A DNA stretch of 49,102 bases from Hormoscilla sp. (GCA_051439505.1 JBFRWI010000192.1:1-49102), one strand, 5' to 3'; positions 9,007-19,336 are shown, counted from the stretch's first letter. Numbers and translations: made by a program. The notes: generated by a model from the letters alone, not told the origin.

Positions 9007-9966
9007 ATGTCTAAGACTATGACGAACAAACTGAAACCAGATTGGGCGGGTGAGGACTTGGTCTCCCGGTTCGTTAATCTTCTGATCGGGACAAAACCCA
9101 TCTACAAGGTGATGAAACACCAAGCTAGGCAGGTGCTAATTAAAACTGCCGAAAAGAATGGGATTCCTTGGCGGCAAACTTACCAGGAGTTAGATGGGTC
9201 CGGGGCCAAGGGGCTGCTAGAAGATATGACCAACCCTAAGGTAGTCTACCCAGATTACTACAAGATGCCTTTCCACGCTTACGAGGAGGGAAATCTTTGC
9301 TGGAAAGCTGCCTTTGAAGCTTCTTCAGCTACCTTAGCGATGGGTTTGAGGGTTTGGCCGAAAGAAAACATCACTTGGGAGACGGCCCAGTCACGATTGC
9401 GAGGTGGCTTTCACCAGGTACTGGACCAGTATAGTCCGGAGACAGTCAAAGATGTGCTAGATATGGGCTGTTCCGTAGGCATCTCGACCTTGGCACTCCA
9501 CCGCTATTATTGTCAAAGGCAAGCTATGAAAATTCGCACGGTTGGCTTAGATTTGTCTCCTTACATGCTGACGGTGGCGAAGACAACGGATCGGCAGGGC
9601 GAAATATCCGAGTGGATACATGCCTTGGCGGAAGATACGGGAATGCCAGACAATTCCTTTGATGTGGTGACCCTACAGTTTGTCATCCACGAACTGCCCC
9701 GTCAAGCAACGAGACAAATATTCCAGGAGGCCCTGCGCTTGCTGCGATCGGGCGGTTGTCTGGCAATTGTAGATAATAACCCCCGATCGCCGGTCATCCA
9801 AAATCTCCCGCCGGCACTCTTCACCCTGATGAAAAGCACGGAACCCTGGAGTGATGATTACTATACTTTTGATGTGGAAGAGGCGATGCGAGAGGTAGGT
9901 TTTGAGTACAAAACAACCGTAGCAAGCGACCCCCGTCATCGCACGCTCGTTGGCATTAAGCCCTAG
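9007..9966 (+). CDS. Class I SAM-dependent methyltransferase
   Basis: VLDMGCSVG motif I, GLDLSPYML, FDVVTLQFVIHE; cyanobacterial YPDYY..PFHAY..GNL N-region. Confidence 0.9.
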   Translation: MSKTMTNKLKPDWAGEDLVSRFVNLLIGTKPIYKVMKHQARQVLIKTAEKNGIPWRQTYQELDGSGAKGLLEDMTNPKVVYPDYYKMPFHAYEEGNLCWKAAFEASSATLAMGLRVWPKENITWETAQSRLRGGFHQVLDQYSPETVKDVLDMGCSVGISTLALHRYYCQRQAMKIRTVGLDLSPYMLTVAKTTDRQGEISEWIHALAEDTGMPDNSFDVVTLQFVIHELPRQATRQIFQEALRLLRSGGCLAIVDNNPRSPVIQNLPPALFTLMKSTEPWSDDYYTFDVEEAMREVGFEYKTTVASDPRHRTLVGIKP

Positions 9967-9979
9967 TTTATTTTATCCG

Positions 9980-10004
9980 GGGACAGGCAAGATGCCTGTC
10001 CTAC
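9980..10004 (+). terminator. REP-type hairpin / possible terminator after the methyltransferase
   Basis: GGACAGGCAAGATGCCTGTCC stem-loop. Confidence 0.5.
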
Positions 10005-10065
10005 GGGTTGACTTCATCCCACAACAGTGCTAGGATAAACAGGTACAGTTCATTATCATCAGATT

Positions 10066-10317
10066 ATGACTACAATTAAACTGGAAGTCCCGGAAGAAGT
10101 TTTGATCGGTCTCAAAGAAACACCAGAGACCATTGCCAAGCAATTAAAATTATTAGCAGCCGTCAAGCTATTTGAACTTGGCAAATTATCATCGGGTCGT
10201 GGAGCCCAACTGGCCGGTATATCCCGCGTAGAATTTCTCATGTTGCTAGGGAATTATCAGGTATCCCCTTTCTCCTTGACAACTGAAGAATTAGAGAGAG
10301 ATGTAGACAATGCCTAA
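10066..10317 (+). CDS. UPF0175 family protein (antitoxin-like)
   Basis: AAVKLFELGKLSSGRGAQLAGISRVEFL signature. Confidence 0.85.
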   Translation: MTTIKLEVPEEVLIGLKETPETIAKQLKLLAAVKLFELGKLSSGRGAQLAGISRVEFLMLLGNYQVSPFSLTTEELERDVDNA

Positions 10318-10339
10318 TACCGTTGTTGTTAACAGGTAG
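10310..10339 (+). pseudogene. 9-residue stub (MPNTVVVNR*) of the PIN/DUF3368-type partner normally coupled to UPF0175
   Basis: ATG overlaps the UPF0175 3' end; VVVN resembles the PIN beta-1 start; stop follows immediately. Confidence 0.5.
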
Positions 10340-10392
10340 TACCAGTTACTAATAATTAATTAATTTTGAAATCATTGGATAAATTCCAAATA

Positions 10393-10629
10393 ATGATGAA
10401 GGTAAATACCTCAGGCACAATATTTGTGCTGTGCATCAACAATCAAGATTATCCAGCTTCTTTGGAGATGAGAAAAATCTATCAGGCGTTCCAGTCACCC
10501 CGGGCAGCGGAACTTCAGCTAATTCGAGTTATTGATGAATCAGGAGAAGATTACCTATACCCAGCAGAGTATTTCATCCCTATTGAGTTGCCGAAAGCAG
10601 CAGAAAAACTGTTTGCGGTGATATCATAA
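10393..10629 (+). CDS. Conserved small hypothetical protein
   Basis: FVLCINNQDYPASLEMRKIY...IRVIDESGEDYLYPAEYF pattern. Confidence 0.75.
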   Translation: MMKVNTSGTIFVLCINNQDYPASLEMRKIYQAFQSPRAAELQLIRVIDESGEDYLYPAEYFIPIELPKAAEKLFAVIS

Positions 10630-10640
10630 ATAATTAATAG

Positions 10641-10799
10641 CTAGAGCGTCGGCCCATAGGAGGGGGGTTGACAAAAAGAAGAAAATGTGTATATACTCGT
10701 TACCAGGGAGACCCTGGTCACTAGAGAATATGTAGAGAATATGTAGATTCACAGATGGAGAGAAAATGTCGGCGTTATATTAATGGACCGACGCTCTAG
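10641..10799. mobile_element. 159-bp MITE-like element with 17-bp inverted ends CTAGAGCGTCGG(C/T)CCAT
   Basis: Left CTAGAGCGTCGGCCCAT; right ATGGACCGACGCTCTAG; a solo end GACCGACGCTCTAG recurs near 15674. Confidence 0.65.
10668..10697 (+). promoter_or_regulatory. Sigma70-type promoter inside the MITE-like element
   Basis: TTGACA (10668-10673), 18-nt spacer, TATACT (10692-10697). Confidence 0.55.
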
Positions 10800-10810
10800 A
10801 GGTCGAGAGT

Positions 10811-10893
10811 GTATCCCCTTTCTCGTTGACAACGGAATAATTTATAGAGAGATGTATAAAATACCTAAGATAATTGTTGTCGAACACAGGTAG
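10811..10893 (+). repeat. Degraded duplicate of the UPF0175 3' end and toxin stub (10261-10339)
   Basis: GTATCCCCTTTCTC.TTGACAAC.GAA.AATT...AGAGAGATGTA...ACAGGTAG shared by both copies. Confidence 0.8.
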
Positions 10894-11008
10894 CCTCGGC
10901 TTTTTATGTTGCCGGGAATAATTAAGGCGATCGGGTAAAATATAATTTACCTATTGACGAGATCCAGGCGAGCATGCAATAATCTAGAAATAAACCAGGT
11001 CCAATGCC

Positions 11009-12361
11009 ATGACAGTAACTAAATCAAGACCAGAGGTAATACCACCAACGGCCACAGCGCCGATAGGAGAAACAGAACAAGAGTTCGACTGGAGGGAATG
11101 CTGGTATCCAGTCACCTTTGTCCAAGATTTACCGACCGATCGTCCTTACAGCTTTTCCCTGTACGACGAACCGCTAGTATTGTTCTCAAACCAGGATGGG
11201 AAACTGGAGTGTTTGACCGATCGCTGTCCCCACCGGGCGGCCAAACTCTCCGACGGGCAAATCATTGATGGGAAAATAGAATGCTTGTATCATGGCTGGC
11301 AGTTTGGTGCTGAAGGTGAATGCTTGCATATTCCTCAGTTAGCAGATGATGCTAAGATTCCAGCTAAGGCATGCGTGAAATCTTTTAAGGTTGTAGAAAA
11401 GCAAGGTATAGTCTGGATCTGGGCAGGGGAAGCGGAAACTGCTGATGAAGAACTCATAGCTACCTTAGCAGATTGGGACAAGCCGGGATTCGCAGGTTCA
11501 GATAGGGTATCTGAGTTGCCTTACGACCAAAGCTATTTCATAGAGAATGTCTTAGACCCGGCTCACCTTAATATTAGCCATGACGGCAGTCAAGGAAAGC
11601 GAGAAAACGCTCAACCTCTGGAGATGAAAGTGTTCGATAGTTCTCTGGCCGGGTTCCAAGGCCGGTTTCGAGAAACACGCCAAGCAAATCAACCTTGGAG
11701 AAACATGGATTTTGTGGCCCCTAACTTAGTGCTGTTGACTTTTAGTATCGAACGGAAGGGTTGGCGCTTCGGACTGGCATTCTATTCGATGCCTCTTGGT
11801 AAAGGAAGCTGTCGGGTTCTGACGAGAAGCTATCGCAACTTTTTTACTTGGAAAATTAAGTTGACTCCTCGCTGGCTAATCCACTTAGGTCAGAGCCGAA
11901 TTCTGGAGGAGGATATGCAATTGGTTGTAGGACAGCAAGAACAAATAGAGAAATTAGGACGAGAACTCAAATCTCTCTATCTTCCTCTCAACAGTTCGGA
12001 TGCCTTTGTGCTAGAATACCGTAAGTGGCTGGATAAATATGGGTATAATTTACCTTTTTATCAGGGTTACGCTACTAGCAAGTTGCCTGAAAATAAGGTA
12101 AAGTGCGATCGGCCACCGGTATCTATGGCTCGATTTGAACAACACACTCAATTCTGTAGTTCCTGTTCTGGTGCCTATCGGACAGCTATCCGGGTGAAAC
12201 AAAGTTTGGTGGGAGTGGCGATCGCCCTGACAGCAGTAGCCATTATCACAGAGGGAAGGGCCAGTATTGTAGCAGTGTCATCTGCTATACTAGCAGTAAT
12301 ATTAGCAGCGGTGGCCCAGAAGGTGAAAACTAAGTTTGAGCGTTCCTACAGTCGTCATTAA
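11009..12361 (+). CDS. Rieske [2Fe-2S] oxygenase, pheophorbide a oxygenase/Tic55-like
   Basis: CPHR...CLYHGW Rieske motif; ENVLDPAHLNISH mononuclear iron site; HTQFCSSC; two C-terminal TM helices. Confidence 0.92.
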   Translation: MTVTKSRPEVIPPTATAPIGETEQEFDWRECWYPVTFVQDLPTDRPYSFSLYDEPLVLFSNQDGKLECLTDRCPHRAAKLSDGQIIDGKIECLYHGWQFGAEGECLHIPQLADDAKIPAKACVKSFKVVEKQGIVWIWAGEAETADEELIATLADWDKPGFAGSDRVSELPYDQSYFIENVLDPAHLNISHDGSQGKRENAQPLEMKVFDSSLAGFQGRFRETRQANQPWRNMDFVAPNLVLLTFSIERKGWRFGLAFYSMPLGKGSCRVLTRSYRNFFTWKIKLTPRWLIHLGQSRILEEDMQLVVGQQEQIEKLGRELKSLYLPLNSSDAFVLEYRKWLDKYGYNLPFYQGYATSKLPENKVKCDRPPVSMARFEQHTQFCSSCSGAYRTAIRVKQSLVGVAIALTAVAIITEGRASIVAVSSAILAVILAAVAQKVKTKFERSYSRH

Positions 12362-12394
12362 TTGAAAGTACAGCAAAGCCAGTTAAGGAAGTAG

Positions 12395-12688
12395 ATGACA
12401 AATACCAACAAGATAGAGAATAACACTCAGATTCCGGAATTTGCCCGCCCGGTAGTTGACAAAGTGGCGATCGACGTCGGCGGTGGGCCTGCTGGCTTGG
12501 CAACGGCCTTAATGCTGGCCAAGAACGGTTGGACAAATATAACAGTTCACCGAAAACGCCCCTCCGCTGATTTCTACGAACCAGACAAGTCCTTTCTTTA
12601 TCTAATTGATGCCAGGGGTCAAAAATTCACAGACCTTCTGGGACTTACCGAACCCGTCACGACCCTTATTAGGTTGACTCCCAAGTAG
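12395..12688 (+). pseudogene. N-terminal fragment of an FAD-dependent monooxygenase
   Basis: VGGGPAGLATALMLAKNGWTNITV FAD-binding start; only 97 aa. Confidence 0.75.
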
Positions 12689-12708
12689 GATCCTGGTAGA
12701 GTTACGAC

Positions 12709-14521
12709 ATGATACATAATTTTCTTACTGTAGTTAGACAATTCGGCAGGACTCACAGACAACATCGGCGCTTTCTATTTACCTTAATGTTCTCTTGTCT
12801 GTTATTCTTCAGTTGTGCTCACTTGACTAGCAAAACTCAGAGGACTCAGCAATTAGTCTTGCCTCTTCCCAGTAACCCCAGTACCTTTAACTTTGCCATC
12901 AATCAAAAGGCATATACTCCTTTGGTCGTGATGTACAAGGGATTGGTTACGGAAAATCGCATGACTGGGGAGTTGGAACCAGCATTGGCAGAATCTTGGG
13001 ACATTTCCCCCGATGGGCGACGAATTACCTTTACCCTGCGCCAGGGACTCAAGTGGTCCGATGGACAACCCCTCACGGCGGATGATGTCCTGTTTACCTT
13101 TCAAGAGGTTTATCTGAATCGAAAAATTCCGACTCGACGTCGAGATTTTCTGCGCATTGGTAACCGGGATGCTTTCCCTTCGGTGCGCCAACTAGATTCC
13201 CGACGGGTTGAGTTTATTTTGCCCGAACCCTTTGCCCCCTTTGTCAGATACATGACTAGAATGGCAATTCTGCCTGCCCATGCTTTACGTAAGTCGGTAA
13301 GAACTCTTGATAGTCAGGGAAATCCTCAGTTTCTTTCTCTATGGGGAACGGACACAGATCCTCGGAAGATTATCTGCAACGGACCTTATCGTCTCGTCAG
13401 TTATTCCCCCGAGGAACGGGCAATCTTGGAACGCAATCCCTATTATTGGCGAAAGGACGATCGGGGAAATCCCATGCCCTACATCGATCGGGTGGTATTG
13501 CCCATTATCGAATCAACAGACAACCAATTGCTAAGATTTCGTTCTGGGGAGTTCGATCTGCTGAGGGTGACCCCAGAAGCATTTGAGTTACTCAAGCGAG
13601 AGTCCAAGCGGGGGAAATATACCATTTATAATAACGGACCGGAGATAGGTCTGAGGTTTATCGAATTCAATCTCAATCAAGGACGCAATGCTAAAGGAAA
13701 ACCCTTTGTAGATCCCATTAAATCTCGCTGGTTCAATACCTTAGCATTTCGCCAAGCAGTCGCCCATGCCATTGACCGCGATCGCATGAAAAACAACATC
13801 TATCGGGGACTGGCAGAAGTGCTACATTCTACCTTAGCAGTTTCTAGTCCTTATTATCTGTCTCCCGCAGCGGGGTTAAAGGTTTATAATTATAACCCCC
13901 AGAAAGCCAAGCAACTGTTGCTCGGGGCAGGCTTCAAGTACAATAGGGAACAAGAACTGTTAGATTGGGATGGGAATCGGGTAGAATTTAATATCCTAGT
14001 GATATCTCGGGAGAAAGCTCGCATCGACGCCGCTGTTCAAATTCAACAAGACCTGAGTAAAATTGGTATCAAAACTAATTTACAGGTACTCAGCACCAAC
14101 ACCGTGCTGAAAAAGTTGCTCCGCACCCGAGATTGGGAATGCTATGTGGGGATTTTTGGTATTGATGGTGCAGCAGTAGAACCCAATCTCCTCTCTTTTT
14201 TCTGGTCTAGTAGTGGTTCCTTTCATCAATTTAACCAAGGTCCCCAACCGGGACAACCCCCGATCGCCGGTTGGGTTTCTGACTGGGAGCGAGAGATTGA
14301 CAGGTCTGTTGACGGCAGGGGCTAAAGAACTTGATGAAAGCAAGCGTATGCAGATATACGGCAGATTTTAGCAAGTTCTTTCCGAACAGGTACCGGTGTT
14401 TTTCAAGGGTCATTTCCTCCAGTTGCAGGCGGTGCGCGATCGGGTACCGAATATATAATTTTCTCCTTAGGTCGGAGGCCCGTTATGGAAAATTGACGAG
14501 CTGAGACTTGCCCCAAAGTGA
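12709..14521 (+). pseudogene. Peptide/nickel ABC substrate-binding lipoprotein (SBP family 5), frameshifted and decayed at the 3' end
   Basis: EPALAESW, LRQGLKWSDGQPLTADDV, NGPY, RQAVAHAIDR motifs. An extra G at about 14303 shifts the frame; the corrected frame continues LLTAGAKELDESKR...LWKIDEL with stops at 14369, 14456 and 14468. Confidence 0.85.
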
Positions 14522-14611
14522 TATACTACCTATAAGGATAACTCGTGAGTATACTTGAAAAGTAGAGTATGGTGCTTTAATATAAATATAATAGATGACG
14601 AAACAAATTGC

Positions 14612-15496
14612 ATGAAAATGACCCAAAACACCAAGCCTCAACAGCACCAACCAAGACTCGGAATAGAAGTGTTGCCCGGTTGCAATCTCGCCCACCTGAC
14701 AGACTCCCAGGTACGGGAACTGAAGGAATCCCTTTGGGAACACGGCGTTGTCGTAGTCAGACAGCAACATCTGACTGCATCGCAGTTGAAAGAATTTGCC
14801 CGACAGACCTTTGGCGATCTCATATTTGGGCGCAAGTCTTTCACATTAGATCCCGATATCAGTCCAGACTTACAAAGCAAAAAAGTGGCTATATTGGGAA
14901 ATCCCAAGGGCTTTACTTCCGAACCAGTGGGAAAGGGTGCTTGGGAATGGCACCATGATAAGGATGGCGTCCCCCGCACGGACGGACTGGAAATGAATGC
15001 ACTTTATGTGGTGATACTCTATGGGGTGGAAATACCTCCCGAAGGAATAGATGGCGTGCCCCATACTACTGAGTTCCTCGACATGATAGAAGCGTACAAT
15101 AACCTCGATCGCTCCCATCAGCAGCAACTAGAGCAGATGTCGATGTATCATACACCACCAGGATTCTCTAAGCAGCCCCATGAGGTCGTTCTTCCCAGGA
15201 AAGTGCATCCAATAGTGTCTACTCACAGAGTCACTGGTAAAAAAGGATTATATCTAGACTTCCAAACAGCGATTCCTGTCAGCATGGAGGATGAACCAGA
15301 GTCGGCAAAAAAGTTTGGGCAGGAACTGTTTCAAACTGTTTGTGAACGCACGCCAGTTTATGCCCATGTTTGGCATCCAGGAGATATTTTATTTTGGGAC
15401 AACTCGCAAGTGATGCACCGTGGGACTCCCTATGACTCAACCAAGTATACGCGGATTGCACTGCGCGTAGGAGTCGTGGACAACTCATGCCTTTGA
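14612..15496 (+). CDS. TauD/TfdA family Fe(II)/2-oxoglutarate dioxygenase
   Basis: LWEHGVVVVRQQ, WHHD (HxD), HPIV..H..TGKKGLY, WDNSQVMHR. Confidence 0.9.
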   Translation: MKMTQNTKPQQHQPRLGIEVLPGCNLAHLTDSQVRELKESLWEHGVVVVRQQHLTASQLKEFARQTFGDLIFGRKSFTLDPDISPDLQSKKVAILGNPKGFTSEPVGKGAWEWHHDKDGVPRTDGLEMNALYVVILYGVEIPPEGIDGVPHTTEFLDMIEAYNNLDRSHQQQLEQMSMYHTPPGFSKQPHEVVLPRKVHPIVSTHRVTGKKGLYLDFQTAIPVSMEDEPESAKKFGQELFQTVCERTPVYAHVWHPGDILFWDNSQVMHRGTPYDSTKYTRIALRVGVVDNSCL

Positions 15497-15554
15497 ATTT
15501 CAACGTGGCGATCGGGCAAGAATTACCTTTACCCTGCCCGGTCCAGCGAGGTAG

Positions 15555-15624
15555 GAGATTGCTTCGGGGGGGAGTTAATCAAAAAGCACAAGGATATCTC
15601 AATTATCCCCCCCTCGCAATGACA
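15555..15624. repeat. REP-like family B copy
   Basis: GAGATTGCTTCGGGGGGG...CCCCCCCTCGCAATGACA. Confidence 0.8.
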
Positions 15625-15778
15625 TTCTAAACTGCTCTAAAAAGCGCAGTTTAGGGCCATTCAGAGTATACTTGACCGACGCTCTAGCCGCCGTGTATAC
15701 TTTCAGATTCGTGCCAGATGCCAGATGTAAGATATAAAATAGATAGCTGCACAGATGAGTTGTGGAGACGACAAGAGA

Positions 15779-16894
15779 ATGACCACCATATCACCAGCAC
15801 TGCTCAGTCCTTTTGACTTGGGAGGTTTGCCCCTCAAAAACCGGGTAGTAATGGCTCCCCTGACTCGTTCCCGGGCGGGAGTCGAACGGATGCCCAACGC
15901 CTTAATGGCCGAGTATTACGCTCAACGGGCTACCGCCGGTTTAATTATTACCGAGGCGGCGGCGATTTCCAAGCAAGCGAATGGATTGCTAAATACGCCC
16001 GGTATTTACTCCGACGAACTTGCAGTTGCCTGGAAGCAAATTGTGGATGCAGTTCATGCCCAAGGAACGCTCATTTTTCTGCAACTTTGGCATTGTGGAC
16101 GCGCCTCCCACAGGAGTTTTCAGGAAAACGGCCAACTGCCAGTCGCCCCTTCTGCGATTAAACTGAATGAAGAATACATTCATACTCCTATTGGCAAGCA
16201 ACCCTGCCAAACACCTCGTGCTTTAAAAACAGAGGAGATTCCCCTGATTGTCGAGGATTTTCGTCAGGCGGCTGTACTAGCCAAAAGGGCTGGCTTTGAT
16301 GGGGTAGAGATTCATGCTGCCAATGGCTATTTGATTGACCAGTTCCTACAGTCCAAAACTAACCATCGCACGGATATATATGGTGGTAGCCTGGAAAACC
16401 GATACCGTTTTCTCAAAGAAGTTGTCGAATCTGTCCTCACCGTCTGGTCTGCTAATCGGGTAGGAGTGCGGCTTTCTCCTAACGGTAATTTTAAGGATAT
16501 GGGTTCGCCAGACTTTCGGGAAACTTTTCTGTACGCGGCCAAGCAATTAGACCCTTATGGATTGGCTTACCTCCATTTGGTGGATGGCCTGGATAACTTT
16601 CACGAATTGGGAGAGCCCATGACTTTGGCAGAATTTCGATCGGTATTTACGGGTCCGCTGATGGGGAGTTGCAGGTACGAACAGTCAACGGCTGAAGCCG
16701 CAATTCAAGAGGGAAATGCCGATTTAATTGCCTTTGGACGCCCATTTATTAGCAATCCAGATTTAGTCGATCGCTTTATAAATGGCTGGCCCCTGAATCC
16801 ACCGGCAGATGTCAAAACTTGGTATGCTACTTTTGGGAAAGAAGGCTATACGGATTTTCCCACTTATCAAGAATCTCAAGGGATTAAAGTTTAG
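15779..16894 (+). CDS. Old yellow enzyme / alkene reductase (NemA-like)
   Basis: NRVVMAPLTRSRA, QLWHCGR, GFDGVEIHAANGYLIDQF, FGRPFISNPDL. Confidence 0.93.
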   Translation: MTTISPALLSPFDLGGLPLKNRVVMAPLTRSRAGVERMPNALMAEYYAQRATAGLIITEAAAISKQANGLLNTPGIYSDELAVAWKQIVDAVHAQGTLIFLQLWHCGRASHRSFQENGQLPVAPSAIKLNEEYIHTPIGKQPCQTPRALKTEEIPLIVEDFRQAAVLAKRAGFDGVEIHAANGYLIDQFLQSKTNHRTDIYGGSLENRYRFLKEVVESVLTVWSANRVGVRLSPNGNFKDMGSPDFRETFLYAAKQLDPYGLAYLHLVDGLDNFHELGEPMTLAEFRSVFTGPLMGSCRYEQSTAEAAIQEGNADLIAFGRPFISNPDLVDRFINGWPLNPPADVKTWYATFGKEGYTDFPTYQESQGIKV

Positions 16895-16986
16895 TACCTT
16901 GCCTCCTAATTAGGGTACTGTTAGAGCATCGAGTAGAAGCAAAAAAACCGGGTTGATGCTGTGGCGATATACGATATATCAATGCT

Positions 16987-17241
16987 ATGACCGCATCAAC
17001 CCAGTTTCTTGACCAACTTATTTCTAACTGGAAACGAGAGATTGACAGTCTGTTGACGGCAGGGGCTCAAGAATTTGATGAAAGCAAGCGTAGATGGCTA
17101 TCAGAGTTCAATCATTGGCTCTTAGTGATGTCCAACAGCCCCAGCTACGGCGAGACTCCCATGACTCCAGAAAAGATTCGAGAAGTTTATTCCCGTTTTC
17201 TGGAAATGGACTACCTTAAAAGAGTAGGCATTGCTGGGTGA
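16987..17241 (+). pseudogene. Chimeric ORF containing a 72-nt copy of the ABC substrate-binding gene tail
   Basis: 17021-17092 matches 14276-14348 (SNWKREIDSLLTAGAQEFDESKR). Confidence 0.6.
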
Positions 17242-17268
17242 TTAGATAAGGGAGAACAGGCGATCGCA

Positions 17269-18495
17269 ATGAAAATAAATAGCAAAACACCGGTTAATAG
17301 CCCAGTGGTAGAGAAAGTGGCGATCGTCGGTGCCGGGCTAGGCGGTCTGGCAACGGCGATCGCCCTCAGAAAACAAGGCATTGATGCCCATGTGTATGAA
17401 AAAGCGCGACAATTTCTCCGAGTGGGGGCAGGTTTGAGTCTCTGTCGCAACGGGTTGAACTGCCTTGATGCCATAGAACCAGATCTAGTCTCCAAGCTCA
17501 AAGAAAAGGGCAGTCTGATTAGTAAGATTAACTCGAAAACACCAGTCGGAGAAACGACCCTGCCAGTCACGACGATGGAAAAATACGGACAGCCCCTTTT
17601 AGTGATATCCTGGTTCGCTTTACAAAAAGTCCTGGCATCAGCACTGCCACCAGACAGGATCCACCTGAATCATCGCTGCATTGGCTTTTCCCAAAACCAT
17701 GACAGCGTGACAGTTCAGTTTGACGGGGGAAAAACAGTAAAAGCAGACCTGTTGATCGGAGCCGATGGGATTAACTCCGCCGTCAGACAAACCCTAATTG
17801 GCAACCCCGGGGGACAGGGCGGGGATCCTCTCTATGCAGGTTGGATGTTGTGGCGTGGTATTGTCAAGTACAGCCACGAACTACTGCCTGCCAAGCAAAT
17901 AACATTCTTCGCGACCGAGGGTAAAAGAATCATCTTCGCAGATATTGGTGGAGGATATATATATTGGCCCCTTGGGGTTTTCTCTGGTAACATTTTTAAG
18001 TCTGGGAATGCTGCCCAAATTAAGGAGCGCGTTCTCGCAGAAGTGGCAGGTTGGGCATCTCCGGTGCCAGAGATTATCTCTGCAACTGATGCCGATGCGA
18101 TCGGGGAACTACCGACATACCATCGACTGCCATTGTCAAGTTGGAGCCAGGGCCGGGTAACGCTGTTGGGAGATGCCGCCCATGCCATGGTGCCCTTTCT
18201 CGGACAAGGTACAAATACAGCTTTTGAAGATGCTTGGGAACTAATGCTGTGCCTTTCCCATGCTGTGACGGTAGAAGCCGCCTTAAAAAACTACGAACGC
18301 AGTCGTATAGAACGCACCCAAAATATCCAAGCTCGTAGTCTCTTGGCAGGCTATCGCGGCTACCATCTTGACTTAGATATACAAGATTTAGAGAAGCAAT
18401 TTGGTAGGGTGCCCCCCCAGGTACGGGTAAGCGATGATGAGTTCTCTCGGTGGCTTTATGGTTACGATCCGGAGGCGATCGCTTCATACCTGTGA
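17269..18495 (+). CDS. FAD-dependent monooxygenase (salicylate hydroxylase / zeaxanthin epoxidase-like)
   Basis: GAGLGGL, LIGADGINSAVR and LLGDAAHAM.P..GQG motifs. Confidence 0.92.
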   Translation: MKINSKTPVNSPVVEKVAIVGAGLGGLATAIALRKQGIDAHVYEKARQFLRVGAGLSLCRNGLNCLDAIEPDLVSKLKEKGSLISKINSKTPVGETTLPVTTMEKYGQPLLVISWFALQKVLASALPPDRIHLNHRCIGFSQNHDSVTVQFDGGKTVKADLLIGADGINSAVRQTLIGNPGGQGGDPLYAGWMLWRGIVKYSHELLPAKQITFFATEGKRIIFADIGGGYIYWPLGVFSGNIFKSGNAAQIKERVLAEVAGWASPVPEIISATDADAIGELPTYHRLPLSSWSQGRVTLLGDAAHAMVPFLGQGTNTAFEDAWELMLCLSHAVTVEAALKNYERSRIERTQNIQARSLLAGYRGYHLDLDIQDLEKQFGRVPPQVRVSDDEFSRWLYGYDPEAIASYL

Positions 18496-18606
18496 CGGAG
18501 TCTTGAGCTTCTATAATGTAATCCGCGCAGAGCCATCGATCTGATTGCTCGTCATCAGGAAATATAGACTCCACTTGCAAACGATCGCCCATTATCCCAA
18601 TTGGGA

Positions 18607-19308
18607 TTAGCATTTGAAAACTATCGGTAGGGTGGGTCGGGCATCGAGAGTTTTTCCCTGGCTGCCGCCATCGAAGGTTAATTCCAATAAGGGACGATCG
18701 CCCGGTTCGATGGCGACCGGGGTATGGCGCGAGAGTTCCGAAGCGATCGGGCTTAACTCCCCTTCTTGGCCCAGGGTAATTTGGACAGACGTGACTTTTT
18801 TAACGCCCAAAGGATGAGTATCGCTCAACTCAGGCATGAATTTTTCTGGATTTTGTCGATTTTGAGTGACAGAAATATATTCCGGAACGACAAAATAGAG
18901 CGGCTCTGTTGCTTGCTTAAAGTTGTTGCTAAACTCAAGGTAGCTTTCTGGGGCCATCCATTCAGCAGAGTATTTGACGGGAAAAAGAGCCAGTTCTTCT
19001 ATGGTTGGAGTGAGCCGATGCCAGCCAATTCCAAAAGGAGATGCTCCCGTTTCTCGCCAGCGAGAGCGATGGCAGAAATCGATCCCCGTTCTGGCAGTAT
19101 TATCTCTAGCTGCCCGCTCGTCGTTAATCCAAATCAGTTCCAGGTAACTATTTTCAAAGAAAAAGAAGTATGAAGCCGTACCTTGCCCCGCGTGCTCTCC
19201 ATAGCCCGATCGTTGCAGCCCTAATTCTGTAAGGATTTGGGCTTCCGGTGCCTCCGGCTGCACCCAGACCAAGATGTGGTCTAATTCTAGGGGAAAATTG
19301 GCGTCCAT
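18607..19308 (-). CDS. VOC / glyoxalase-like protein
   Basis: LDHILV, H.GQGTA, FFENSYLELIW, HPLGVKKVT pattern. Alternative start at 19344 overlaps the upstream peptidase. Confidence 0.8.
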   Translation of the reverse strand: MDANFPLELDHILVWVQPEAPEAQILTELGLQRSGYGEHAGQGTASYFFFFENSYLELIWINDERAARDNTARTGIDFCHRSRWRETGASPFGIGWHRLTPTIEELALFPVKYSAEWMAPESYLEFSNNFKQATEPLYFVVPEYISVTQNRQNPEKFMPELSDTHPLGVKKVTSVQITLGQEGELSPIASELSRHTPVAIEPGDRPLLELTFDGGSQGKTLDARPTLPIVFKC

Positions 19309-19336
19309 ATTGTTGTTTTCTTGTTGCTTGACGAAT

